Below are positions 15,113 to 27,585 of a DNA stretch of 42,409 nt, one piece after another (the first letter of the stretch is position 1; every line of letters begins with the position of its first letter). The notes beneath the pieces were generated by a model. It worked only from the letters and a program-made list of their open reading frames with translations. It had not been told where the DNA came from and searched no databases. The translations under genes and the position numbers were made by a program. The DNA comes from Paraphysomonas bandaiensis (Eukaryota; Protista; Chrysophyceae), in the NCBI GenBank assembly GCA_965644295.1, contig CBFFRP010000131.1, positions 1-42,409 of the forward strand, in the 5' to 3' direction.

Positions 15113-15289
15113 TTATAATCAATACAATAAAATACTAGAGTAGTAGCCTTAATATGGGCATATGTGATATGTGTTATTGTTCTGTACACGTTTGTTATGC
15201 TGATTGTCGTTTAGTCAAACGAGCACGATAATACTACAATATAAAGTTTTGACATTAATCAGGGCCTGATAATACAACCATTGTTCAAG

Positions 15290-16472
15290 TCATTTCTTCC
15301 ATTCTTGATCAAACCACAGAGCTAACTTATATTTCACACTATCAACAGACTCACTTAAAAGTAATTCATCCAGATCGACGTCAGCATCCCCACTATCACC
15401 AACAACTGCTGTCTGCTGGAACCATTCTAAAAAGCTTTCCCTAGCATTCTTCAGGTCATGAGTAAAAAGGCCTAAATCTAAGAAGTGCTTGTAGTTCAGT
15501 CTTTCCTTTATTCTTTGCTTGCGTTCATATCTATCACGTATGGAGTACAACTCCTCCCACTTTCCAAAAAATGTCAAAGCATCTTCTATATTCGCCCGTC
15601 GAATGGCTCGATGATCATCAGCAGAAGTACATGGACACTTCTTATCCGTTTCAACAGGAAAGCTATTTTCACCTGAAAACAAAGAAACATGTCATCGTAT
15701 TGTTTTTCTCATTGTCAGTATACTACTAATAATCACTCTCACCTGTACCTAAACCATTTGCATCACCGTACCCATACCGTTCAATTATTTTCGTCGTAAA
15801 AGACTGAAAAAAGGGACGCTTCTTGCATCTTCTTTTGCCTTCAACGTTAAGAGTCCTCGTGAACTGTTCCGGTCTGAACCATGGTGTCGACATGCAAAAC
15901 TCCATCACATCCTCGGGTCGCTGTAGGCTTGAATCATCACTTGGAAGTCCCATGTATCTTCTGATCTCACCTGGATCAGTCGACAGTACAATACTTTCGC
16001 TAATTCCACTAATATCAAGAAGACTACCAACATCATGATTTGAGATTATTAATCCGTTTGCACCAAGAGAAAATCCTTGCCATCGGGCAATACTGCCCAA
16101 AATCATGCCTCTATCTCCATAACTTAGTGAAAATTTTGTCATAGCATATTTTTCTTCAGAGGATTCTATCAAATCAATTTGGAATTTACGGAAATCAAAA
16201 GAAGTGACAGGACCGGACCGCACGATTTCACACGGAGCGAACAGAGAACGAATGAGACTCAAGACAGAGTCGTGATTGTATCCCTTCTTTATCACATACA
16301 GCAGATCAAGATCTCCGAACTCTTGTTTGCATGGCATTTCAGGTAATTCCGACACATCCATCACATGGGCACCACTTCTACACAGCCGGCCGAGAACCTC
16401 CTCTTTGACGTCGACATACTCCGGCAATGCTTTTCGTTCCGTCAGTCCATCAGATAATGCATTGCCCCCCAT
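15290..16472 (-). CDS. Uncharacterised Pol-beta/PolX-superfamily nucleotidyltransferase (about 370 aa, intron 15673-15742)
   Basis: ORFs 15726-16472 and 15290-15682 splice in frame (GT-AG, 70 nt). Motifs are N-terminal MGGNAL, FGDLDLL (DxD), FQIDLI (third Asp) and PolX-thumb-like ARWQGFSLGANGL...EIRRYMGLP. Confidence 0.75.
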
Positions 16473-16769
16473 TATCCCAGAGGACTTCAGTTATTATTCC
16501 AGTCGTTGTATGTTACGTTAGCTGTGTTTGTAGCATATCACATCGCTCGTCTTATGCATGCATGCATCTCCACAACATCAACGCACACACTCAACTGCCG
16601 CAAAGAAAAATCTTCAAGCTGTATACAGGAATACCGTGAAGTACAGGTATTCTATCGTATTTGCTCTGTAGTTCACAGTACGGGCTACATAAGAATATCA
16701 TCCCCCTTCCTGCAATTATCCCACCCTTGGACAACGTCGTGTAGGAATATCGCGATTTTCTTTCACTTA

Positions 16770-16954
16770 TCTATCTATAAACCCCGGGTTTTGTGTAGTC
16801 CCAGTAGTATCAGGTATCAGTCCTTGCCCTATCCTCGATCAGTATACGGTCTGTCTAACCCCATATGATATATTCGTACGGGTAGTAGAATCTAATCCCA
16901 GAATCCCATCACGGAATTTCCTGCCTATATTTCCGTGTATATTTTCCCCTCTAG
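16770..16954 (+). mobile_element. Possible short non-autonomous Helitron-like element
   Basis: Begins TCTATCTATAAA after an A and ends CTAG before a T, with a CACGGAA/TTCCGTG hairpin 13 nt upstream of CTAG. Single copy in the window, so weak. Confidence 0.25.
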
Positions 16955-17159
16955 TTATCAGCATCTGACTACACTCCACTATACCATACCATACCACACC
17001 ATACCATGATATCACAGACCTGCTTTCCATACTGAATCATTAGAGTGTAAGATAGACGATTCTATCAATTCTTTTTGTACCTTGAAAGGTAGTGAGAGGC
17101 GATCTCTCAGCTGATAGACAGCAATAGGATTCAATCACGTCAAGGGCTTGTTAGTGGCG

Positions 17160-20100
17160 ATGTTTTCTTCTATCAGTCCATTTAAGAAGGTTCAAAAGGT
17201 AAATAAAAGACATGTGAGTGTATGGATAGTTTAATGAGTGTGTGTATAGACACTATCAAAAACCCTTCAAAGAGCATCTGATTTCATTGCGGCTGCAGGT
17301 GAGACGCTGTTTGTTTATATGTATATCCCTACAACACTAACTGAAATGATGTGATGTGTGTATAGCGCCATCATCTGTGAAGTCTTTCCGTGCTGCTATT
17401 CTGGCAGGCGATGAAGAGAAAGCTATTTTGATTTATAAGACTGTCACTAATGGCAAGTCTCTCGAGGAGGAGCTTCACCCTTCCCTGCCGTTCCCACTAA
17501 AGGTTCATGATGACCAAACTCCTATGCACTTGGCTTGTTTAAAGGCCATGGAATCACTCATACTGCTTTTTATTGAGCATGGAGGAAGCCCGAATGCACT
17601 AAATGCGAATGATGAGACCTGTTTACACGCTATTTGCCGCGGGGCGGATAGGGATGCTAGGCGAAGATATCTCATTGAACTTATGCTACAGTGGCGAGGT
17701 GAGAGAGAAGGTGGAGGTACAGAATGTGTTTCAGTGAATAAAGTTGATCTTGATGGAAATACGGCAACACACTATGGCGCTGCTAGTGGACTCATGGAGT
17801 GTGTGATTCTCCTTGCTGCAGAAGGGGCTATAATTTCTATTGTCAATAAGGATCAAATGACATGCTGTGAGATGGCTGACTCTAACAATCACAAGGAGCT
17901 TGCTGACCTTCTAGAGGCAGCACTAGTATATCCTCCACCTGACCAAGATATGGTGTTTTTTGATGATGAAAGTGGGGTGTTTCGTCACGAAAATGATCCT
18001 CCAGTATTTCTTTTGGACACAATGTCCTACACTTTGGAAAGCCTGGCTCTGTGGAAGAACAAGGCACTTAGGGTGGGGGTTGATGCCCTCTCACTTCCTC
18101 CGAATCGTGTAGAGGCGCTCTTGGATCACTATGAATGGGATGTTGAACGTGTTGTAGAGGAATACTTAACTCGTCCTTCGGAAGTGCTATCTGCTGCGAA
18201 TATGACAGAGTCATACACACAATTTTCCCCTATTGATCCGCGCGGTATAGATGATCTACCGTCCGACATCCAGTCATCCACTTCCACGCGCAGCCCCAGT
18301 GACAATTGTGCGGGGGATAGAAGTGAAAGCAAGGATGCTGAAATTGGGTTGGATGGTATCATTCTGGGACTTGGAGGTCAAGACATGGAGATGACGAGGT
18401 CTCCACTGCAACATATCCAACCAACGGATTTGCTTAAGAAAGAGAATGCATCTAATGTCTCTGCCAAATCAACTGCTATTGCCCAAAACGAACCTGTCGG
18501 TATGTGTCCAGTCTGCTCTGAGGATATGTACCCTCCTGTACCTTCTGCGTTGATTTTATCCAAATCTGTCACTCACGTTGCCCAGAGAGAGATTCGATGC
18601 GGCGCAGGACATTCATTCTGTCTCACATGTTGGGCTACCCATCTGACAATGCAGATAAATGAGACGGGTTGTCCTACGATGAGCTGTATGGGGTTTAAGT
18701 GTGGAGAGATGTTGGATTCGGAGCAATGGGCTGAAGCGATTCTTGGATCGAGTGTTGCTGAGAAGTTGACGCGAAATAGACTTCGGCACATAGTAGACAG
18801 ACACCAGCGGTTCAGATGGTGCCCAGCTAAAGACTGTGGCTGTCTGGTTCATATCGACACTAACAACGCTGAAATGTCAGATCCAGCCGTAAATACAACA
18901 CCATCCCCAGAAACGGAGTTAGGAGAAGGGAGAGGAAGTTCTGATGCGGTTCCCAGTGGAGAAGAGCCCGCTGCTACAGTTTTGGCTCGGACAGCGATAT
19001 GCGGAAATGGTCATGCATTTTGCTTGCTCTGTAACGCCGAGGCACATGCACCATGTACCTGTGAGGATTGGGCTAAATGGACCGAGAAAATTCAGAAGGA
19101 AATAAAGCAGACGGAGCAGTCGAAATCAGGTAATCTTTTTGTTCGTAGTTGGAGGATTATCTCTTGACGAATTCGATATAGAGACTGCTGACATAGCGAG
19201 TGCGTTATGGGTCGCCGCGAACACAAAGCGATGTCCTCGATGTCAGATGCCAATTGAAAAAGATGAAGGATGCAACCATATGACCTGTAAAAAGTGCAGG
19301 CACGAATTTTGCTGGATATGTATGCAGGTGGGTAGCTTTTCTGCGTTCTAACGTATTTATTTTATCATAATTCGTTTTAGAATTGGGACAAACACTCTAA
19401 CCGTACAGGAGGGTTCTTTCAGTGTAATATTTATGCTGACTCCAAGAAGATTTCGAAGGACGATGAAGACATGGATGACGATGAATTCGGTAGCTCTACC
19501 AAGGAAACAATGAGAGCGAGGTTGGTTGTATGATCTTTATCTTCTGCAAATAAATATCGTGGAATTCTGATACCCAGGCAAAGAGGAAGGTTAATGGAGA
19601 AGTTTATTCAACACTACACAAGATTCCGTGCTCATTGTGAAAGTTATGATTTGGAACTGCGCATGCATCGTGCGACTGTGCACAGGATATGTCGCGTGCT
19701 CCACGATAGCGCTGTAGGAGCTACTCCGTGGCTTCAGGTTCAGTAATGTGCCTTGGCAACTGAAATTGAATCTAACAATTTGCGGCAGGGTGAGTCTGTT
19801 ACGCATCCGTACCTCAAAGAAGGCATGCAACAGTTCAAGAATGGTGCCACCAGCAATGCTTCGAGCAGACCCACGCTCTCGAAGAGTTCTGCATCCACTG
19901 ATAGCTGGACAGAACCGCCAATCTCTCAGCTCGAAGCTTCCGACAGAGAGTTGGCTACTTTGGGAGACTGTAGGACTAAGTCGGAGGAGTCGCCTTTACT
20001 GTTTCTGCAGAACGGATTCAGGGAATTGATGAAATGTCGTCAGGTGTGGACTCGTCGTGCTTGTGTTGCCCATTTGTAATGGACAATTGTAGATTTTGAA

Positions 20101-21958
20101 GGGCTCGTTCCCTCTTGCTTATTACACAATGAGCGAAGAAGATGACTTATTGGGCTCGAGGTATTCCATGAGGTGTGTATTCTTTGTTTTTTTGGGCTGT
20201 GAGGAAAGCATACACTGTTTATTACCAGTAGATACGTCATAGTTATTGATTGGGCCGCCGTATTTCATGTGTTGTTGTCAGATCTTCTCAACAGCGTCGA
20301 CAGAGGAGGATGTATGCTGAAAGTCGCAGGGAGGTTTTTGAGCAAGCCCAAGCTGACCTTGAAGCACTGACTGAGACCCTCTCGGGTAGGGCTATTACAC
20401 ACATGCAGTGCTATAAGATTTTATGTTGTCCACATCGTACGGACATGTTACTGTGTCATTTCATATATCGTAGTACTTTTTGCTTATTGTAAATATTGAA
20501 CAGACGTGGTGGCGCGCCGTAGGCTACGTGCCAGCAACACTCAAATCGCACGAGCAACGAGAGCTGCTCGTGCTGGTCGATTGGACCTTGAGGCAGTTAT
20601 TCGCAGACATTATGAGGCGTATGACCAGGATAAGAAACAGGAGAAACTTGAGCAAGCACAATATGCCCAGTCCGCAGGCGCACGTCGTCGAAGGTAACTC
20701 GAAATCTGTTGTCACGATTTACTTGGGGTTTTATATTCACAATTTCTTTCAGTACTGGCAGTCGGATGAACCGTGGTCTGGAATCTCTACCGGGGGATGT
20801 GGATAACTTGCTTCAATCTATGCAGCTCGCTGGGCTTTCTGAGGCTGATTTTACTGGACCAGACCCTTCTTCTCGTCGTGTGCGGCGTGCATTAATTGCC
20901 GCCAGAGAAAGGACCCCTCCACACCAACGACGTCGCCAACCCTACACGGATCCTACATCGGTAAATTTTGTATTAATAGCATGTGAATTGTTATTATGGT
21001 TTTGTGTTTGTATTTACCATGTTTGTTTTGTGAATTGTCTTAAAACTGTCTTGTGTATAGAGTCGCTCTTTATCACGCCGATATCCTCATGGAGGTCAAA
21101 GTCGTTATGGAGAAAATGGAAATCGTTTTGCAGCGCGTCTAGCGCGTGCAGAGAGGGAGAGTATGCAGCAGGAAGGGGACGTCGACTCTGATTCAGATTC
21201 GAACAACGGCACCTCGTCACCGCCTAATGATCAAGAACCGTCAATGCGAGAAGTAAGTGTTCAGTCGTTTTGTAGTGTTAGCATGTGTCTTTTATGGAGT
21301 GGGAAGTAAATGCGTGTGAATCATCTATGTTACATTGCAATGTTGAAATGTGTAGTATGACGCACAGCACTATCATTAACGTTCTTTTGAAGATACTTTT
21401 GGAAGCTGGATGGAGCGAAGCTGATATCCATCGCGAAGGGTGGGATCTAGAGCAACGACCGGCTAGTTTTGATGGCGGTGCTACCCTTGGCTCACGGTGA
21501 GTGTCGCTGCGTGATCTTATACTCCACTTATTGATCACGACTGCAGCTTGGGGGCTATGATAGCTCCACCAATTGAAAATGAGGAAGGTTCAGATCCGCG
21601 TGGTTCATCTCCTTACGAAATGCATTCCAGTGCAGAGGAAGAAGAGATCAACAGAGCAATTCTGATGTCTTTGCAGGTAACGGGCTCCTACAATATCTGA
21701 ATGTATGACTGTTACGTCGGATTTTAGGTTCCTCAACGTGTATCGAACACTGCAGATAGACCAGAACCGTCAGCTGAAAATATCAATACCCTCATGTCTA
21801 TGGGGTTTTCGCGTGAACGGTATGCAGCATAACATTTGTCAACAAATACTGAACTTTTGACTACGATCAACAGATCTATACAGGCACTCAAGGAGTATGA
21901 TGAAAATGTGGAGGATGCAATTATGTTTCTTGTCAACTCACCTAGTGACGATGCATAG
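17160..21958 (+). CDS. ANKIB1: Ankyrin-repeat Ariadne-type RBR E3 ubiquitin ligase (ANKIB1-like) with C-terminal UIM and UBA
   Basis: Ankyrin repeats (QTPMHLAC, ETCLHAIC, GNTATHYGA), RING1 (CPVC...CGAGHSFCLTCW), IBR (RWCPAKDC...CGNGHAFCLLC...HAPCTC), RING2 (TKRCPRCQMPIEKDEGCNHMTCKKCRHEFCWIC), Ariadne helices (FEQAQADLEALTETLS), UIM (EEEEINRAILMSLQ) and UBA (INTLMSMGFSRE...NVEDAIMFL). Confidence 0.9.
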
Positions 21959-22457
21959 CCCAATATGTGTTGAAAAATCTTCACATGTTGTATGTAAATA
22001 TTAGTGTGGCAGTATACTTGAAATCGATCTGTGACAGTCGTGTGTGTTACTACAGTTTTGCAGTAAGTTTTTATGTACATGATTGCATATTTGGGTGAGA
22101 GTATTAGGGAAAGTATAATTGTAGTAAGTATTATTTTCGATAACTCCATGATAATTCTAGTTTTTGTATTACATATCTAGATAAGATATATGTATATACG
22201 ACCGACGAAGTTAGTGCTTTGGGAAATATATGACATAAGCGGTGTTGCATGACAAATTCAGCTGTGTATATCACGTTGCACTTGAAGATTTGTTGCTCTG
22301 CTGATATCTTTATAGTTACCTTTAACGTACTACGGAGAAAGTACATATGTCAGTATCTACGTATGATAATAATTATTCCCTCTCCGAGCGAAGCAAGCTT
22401 GCTAGACAGCTGGGTTAAGGCACTTATGGTATACCTGGATACCTCTTCTCCGGACTG

Positions 22458-22850
22458 ACCCTCAACAAAGTCGGACTCGCACCTTTTCGTGGTGTTCTGG
22501 GGGATAAGTACCGGAGAGATTCTCTCTGGGAAACTAACGTGAGCCGCAAACATAGTCAGCAGATATTGTTCTGCCCACTCATAGCCAAATGCTTGTGTGG
22601 TACAAGGGACACTAATAAGTGTCACTTGTGTAGACGTCTTTGGGCCCTGACGAATAAACAGGCATCCGGGAATGGGCCCACCTCAAGGGCATCCGGGACA
22701 GGGCCCACCAGAAGGGTAACCGGGGTATTGGGCTGCCTGCTGAAGTTAAGCATCCGGGATGTTCACCTTAAGAACTCAAAACACCTGAAGTCAGCAGATG
22801 TCAGGTATATCAACATTCTGATTGCTCCCTGCGTTTGCTTTGAGTGATTG
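22458..22850 (+). repeat. Dispersed repeat family fragment B (inverted relative to 24659-25209)
   Basis: Reverse complement of about 24850-25209, e.g. ACCCTCAACAAAGTCGGACTCGCACCTTTTCGTGGTGTTCTGGGG and CCTGAAGTCAGCAGATGTCAGGTATATCAACATTCTGATTGCTC. Confidence 0.9.
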
Positions 22851-22899
22851 ATGCTGAGTATGAGTTCACATTATTCGGTATCTGTGTGGCCAATGACCG

Positions 22900-24110
22900 A
22901 GGTAATGCGTCAAACTTTCCTCATGGATGCATGGCAATGGCAATGATGTGATTAGACCTGTCATGTCTTCTCACACGTCTACTGCCTAGTCTTGGTTTCT
23001 CCTGACCCAGGTCATTGAGATTATATCAAGGCTCTGGCACTGTTCTCCAAGCAGTGTCAGGTACATTTGTGGTGCTTTTATGTTATTCTTGCTTAGTAGG
23101 TTTTCATCCGAGCGGGGAAGGTGCACGGTTTCCTACTAGTGTAAGTCACTCGGGAGAAGAGTGCAAGGTGGATGCATGTGCTGGACGAGTGCACACAATG
23201 GAGGGAAGACATTGGAGTCAGCTTGAATTTGTAACAGATTTTGGTAGATGTCTGTTTCATGCGTCAGTGTGCAAAATTGCACCAGTGAGACCGCTTCGTG
23301 ACCGTGGGAGGACCCGGCGCTATAGAGCTACTTTATTCTCCCTTCCAGACTACCTGCTGCTGTGAACACCACCTTGAAGAGGGCCCTAAAGATCTGCCGC
23401 ATATACAGGAGACATATGCCGAAGACACCGACCGCAAGTTGTTTGTGTTAGGACAAGTAGATTGGGCAGGAGCGTATGATCCGGCTTAAACACGCAACTC
23501 GTCGTATGCCCATGTAGCTAACTAAATCGTGTTGTATAGTTGAGCACTTGTCGGTGCATGCAATAGTAACTAGATGAGAGTCATGTTATGCATAGTGTCG
23601 CGCGAGTTGTTAGGTTGGTCGCGGCAACGCACAAGCTTGCGCTTCTTAATAATCAGATTTTCAATTATTCTCCGGACTGACGTAGATAACCTTTGGATTG
23701 AAGTGTGCGACCTCCGCCTATACTGTATATTTCTCAGCATTAAGAAATATTCCTCTTCCAGAGAGCTGCTGTTGTGCCTGCTTTGGGATGGGCATTCAAT
23801 ACTTCCATGAGGAAAGAGTACGCAGTCTCAGTGCTTCTTTACCTTGCGCAGTCGCTTCTCATGTGCATTGTGGTCATTGGGCTCAAGTCGACTCGCTCCA
23901 CACAACGAAATTCCAATCGAACTGAGTTTTGGCGCACTAGAGATGCTGAATACACAACAAGTGTTCAATTTCTGCGCTCCCGTGTGTTGGCGGATGAACC
24001 CAGCAAGCCATGTCAACACATGCCACGGTACACATCTTTAGAGCCCCACAAAGGGGAGTCAGGATTTACAGCGATTGTTGCGAAGCGCATGGTGAGAGCA
24101 TGCTAACAGT
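22900..24110 (+). pseudogene. Degenerate coding-like sequence, possibly a Mutator-like (MULE) transposase remnant
   Basis: GC-richer than its flanks, with broken frames. Fragments GNGNDVIRPV...SWFL, LEFVTDFGRCLFHA, CCCEHHL and YTV...SCCCAC...LPC loosely recall MULE DDE and SWIM motifs in the expected order. Resemblance by eye only. Confidence 0.25.
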
Positions 24111-24658
24111 TGAAGGCGTACTCTGAATAACTATATACTGTCGAGCACTGTCTAACTATAGCATTATATGCGATCTTTATATTATATGATCATATAATGT
24201 ACCACTTGGAATGTATTGTCGAACGGATACATATATATATATCGTTGAGCCTCGTCGATGTAAATTCTGGGATTGGACCAGCTTAGAACAGAAAATGAAA
24301 CTTGGAATAAACCTACGATTACATTCCCGCACACAGTTACTCGGCACTCAAACGATCGGCACTGCTTCCGCTGCTCTGCATTCTTCTTTGCCACCTCTTT
24401 CATACAATCGATCACCAGGTTTTGGTATAACCTCGACTTATAACGTCCTGCGTTTTGTTCAGGTATGTATCATTCAATGCACGGTAAATAGTGAACTCGT
24501 CACAAGCGCAACATATGAGGCAACTGCATGCCTGGTGAGCTGTTTTTAGAAGTCATGTATTCTACCGCAATAACATAATGAAGATGTTTTATTGTGATTA
24601 TAATATAATATTTTAATCAATATAATATTATATTATTTATATATATGCACAAAATATT

Positions 24659-25209
24659 GAAAGTCTTATTATTAGCAATAGGCGTTAAGAATCAGCACCA
24701 GTTTAGTAGCTAGATGAAAACTAGTCAAGCTAGATAGACTTCTACCTTTAGCTAAAACTAGTACAAGCTCTATTATCTTACTATTTAACGCTACAGAGGC
24801 TGCTTGTACGTCGCCGAAAGCACCAAGGTACAACCACCTTCACTCTATCATCGCTCAAAGCAAACGCTGCGAGCAATCAGAATGTTGATATACCTGACAT
24901 CTGCTGACTTCAGGTTTTATGAGTCCTTAAGGTGAACATCTCAGATGTATGACTTCAGCAGGCAGCCCAAAACCCCGGTTACCGTTCAGGGCCCTGTCCC
25001 GGATGCCCTTGAGGTGGGCCCATTTCCGGATGCCTGCTTATTCGTCAAGGGCGAAAGACGTCTATACAAGTCATACACAAACATCGGGCTACGAGTGGGC
25101 AGAGCAATACTGTCTATGATTGGGGCTCACGTTAGTTTCCCGGAGAAATATCTCCGGTACGTATCCCCAGAACACCACGAAAAGGTGCGAGTCCGACTTT
25201 GTTGAGGGT
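24659..25209 (-). repeat. Dispersed repeat family fragment C (longest copy)
   Basis: Its right part is inverted to 22458-22850 and its left part is inverted to 6283-6505. Confidence 0.9.
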
Positions 25210-26446
25210 ATATACACAATACATGAAGATAAAGGTATTAAATGATATATATGGACAGATAAATAGAGAAAGATAGATTCCGTGAATACATAGAGAATTG
25301 GTACTAAGATACACGAACGAGGACTTACACAGTAAAGTTTTACTGATACATAGAAGAGAGTGTTCAAAATGTACCGAAGAATAGTACACATGCCATGCTA
25401 CATTTCATTGGGCCGAAAATAACAATTCCGGAGAAGCCGAGCAAAACAACCTTGCGGAATACGAGGAGTGGACTCGTATCATACCTCACCTCAGTTTGCA
25501 AACACGGCAGTGATAAATGTGTTGCGTTTACGTAATAAAGTGAAGAATGAGGAGAATGCTTAAGTGGTCCGCCGACAAAGAAACAATGGAAGCATCTAAT
25601 CAAAGATAATGTGGCTATAATCCATGACATCCTTCGAAAGAAAGTAACTATTGAGGTCTACCCTTACCCACGAGCTGTTGACAACCTAACTCCTACGTTG
25701 TAAGTATATGATATACTGTATAGTGTGACTACTATAATTGTAGTGATTTATAATTAAGCTTTAATGATTCTTATGAATCTATACTTGTATGCTAAATATT
25801 GCATTGAGTATTGAGATGAATACGTTGTAAATATATGATATATATTGTTAATGCATTAATTCATTGATTTATGATTAAGGTTTAAGTATTAATAAGAATG
25901 CATACTTGTACTCTATTGCGTATGGAGACGATCATACACGGCCAATCTATTTCAGTTTCACTCCTACGACTACTATGCATCATGGCATTAGTTTTCTAGT
26001 TAACCAGTTTTCTCATGATACAGTTATAATTCAAATATCATTGAACTACAGCTTCTAATTGCCCTGAAACAGCAATCCTCAACAATGAGTGTATTAGCCT
26101 TCTCTTATTGGAAACAAGATTGTCGAGAAATTGATGGTGAGGGTGGAATCGATTGCTGGTACAGGACACAGAAAACAAAACGATACCACTGATTGGAATA
26201 AACAGGTCCTATTAGATATGCTCTTTATAATGCTAAACAAGCAATTTTAATTACGAAAAATTATTTCGATTGTTGCCTCAAGGGTGTTTCAATACACCAC
26301 ATAGCATACGAGAATGACGCAGCACGATTTAAACTTCTATTCACCCATAGGGTTAAGTCAGATGTACTCCAGCAAGACACAATAAAATACACCACCATTG
26401 GTGCACATAACGGCATCCTGATGCAGAATGGAGTGTGCACCAAAGC

Positions 26447-27585
26447 CTATGCACTTGCAGGCACTAAGCTCTGGGAAAGTACCAAAGAGTTGCCTGGCTG
26501 CACTGTGACCCACTGGGAAACGGTCCCCGGCTCAACACACACAAACCGCTCATAACCATCATCATCCATGTCGGCAAGTGCTGTGGCCTTCTCGATCCAT
26601 GGGTTCCACAAAACGCAATCCACTCCAACAGGGGCTACAGTACCATCCGGTGCTTCTATACCTGCCTGCTTTGACACTGTCATTAGAACAGCATTGGAGC
26701 TCTTCGATCGAATTTGTACGTCGGGTACAGGGTGAGAAGGGGAGTGGGCATACACGCGGTCACACTCGCCATCTATCTGCTCACATAACATGCAGTTAGT
26801 TATAAGACTACTACAATCTATCTACACTCACTACACGAAGACACATATACTATTCAACTCGTATAAACATAATATATTACATACCGTTCTAAGCTCTTCC
26901 GTATCTGTAAAGGTATCGTTGTTACGAGTTTTGTCCGCAAAGGACAGCCCATTAAAACCACTAAAGCACACCTCATTAATGTGTGGAATCGCGAAATAAG
27001 TGTGCAGAAGAGTGTGGCAATCAAACGGCGCGTCTCCACTGTTGGTAGCCTTTAAACTGCACTGTAGGCCATCTCGAGATATGGAAACAGTGTACTCTAG
27101 AATGAAGTTATGAGGCCAGACACTGAGTGTGGATTCAGAGGCTTCTAGAATAAACAGAGCTGATGCCTTCGAATCCTCAGATAGTATTTTCTGCAGTCGC
27201 CAAGTTGAACTCCTCGCAAACCCTGATCATAGTCCAGTTTACTCATACTATATATAGATCTTTATGCAGCTATATACATACATATACAGATATATACATG
27301 CATATACAGTACACACATACTGTACATACACTAACCGTGCTGAGCCATAGCCTGATTGGGCTGTCCGAACTGAGGAAACACCACAGGAATCCCCCCTCTG
27401 ATAGCCTTCACTCCATTCCACACTGCCTTTGAGCTGACAAATATCTGTTCTCGTCCCGAGTGTTTCCATGAGGTGACTGTGGCTCCATGTAGATAGATCT
27501 CAACCATATGACCCTCTCCGTCTCCAAGAGACACTGCATCCATACCATTAGTACCGTGAAATGATTCTCCAGACCAGGTTGACAT
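26447..27585 (-). CDS. Glucose-6-phosphate 1-epimerase (aldose 1-epimerase family)
   Basis: EIYLHGATVTSWK, KAIRGGIPVVFPQFG, QHG/FAR, LLHTYFAI, ECDRVY, VLWNPWIEKA and FVCVEPG across three exons. Confidence 0.93.
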
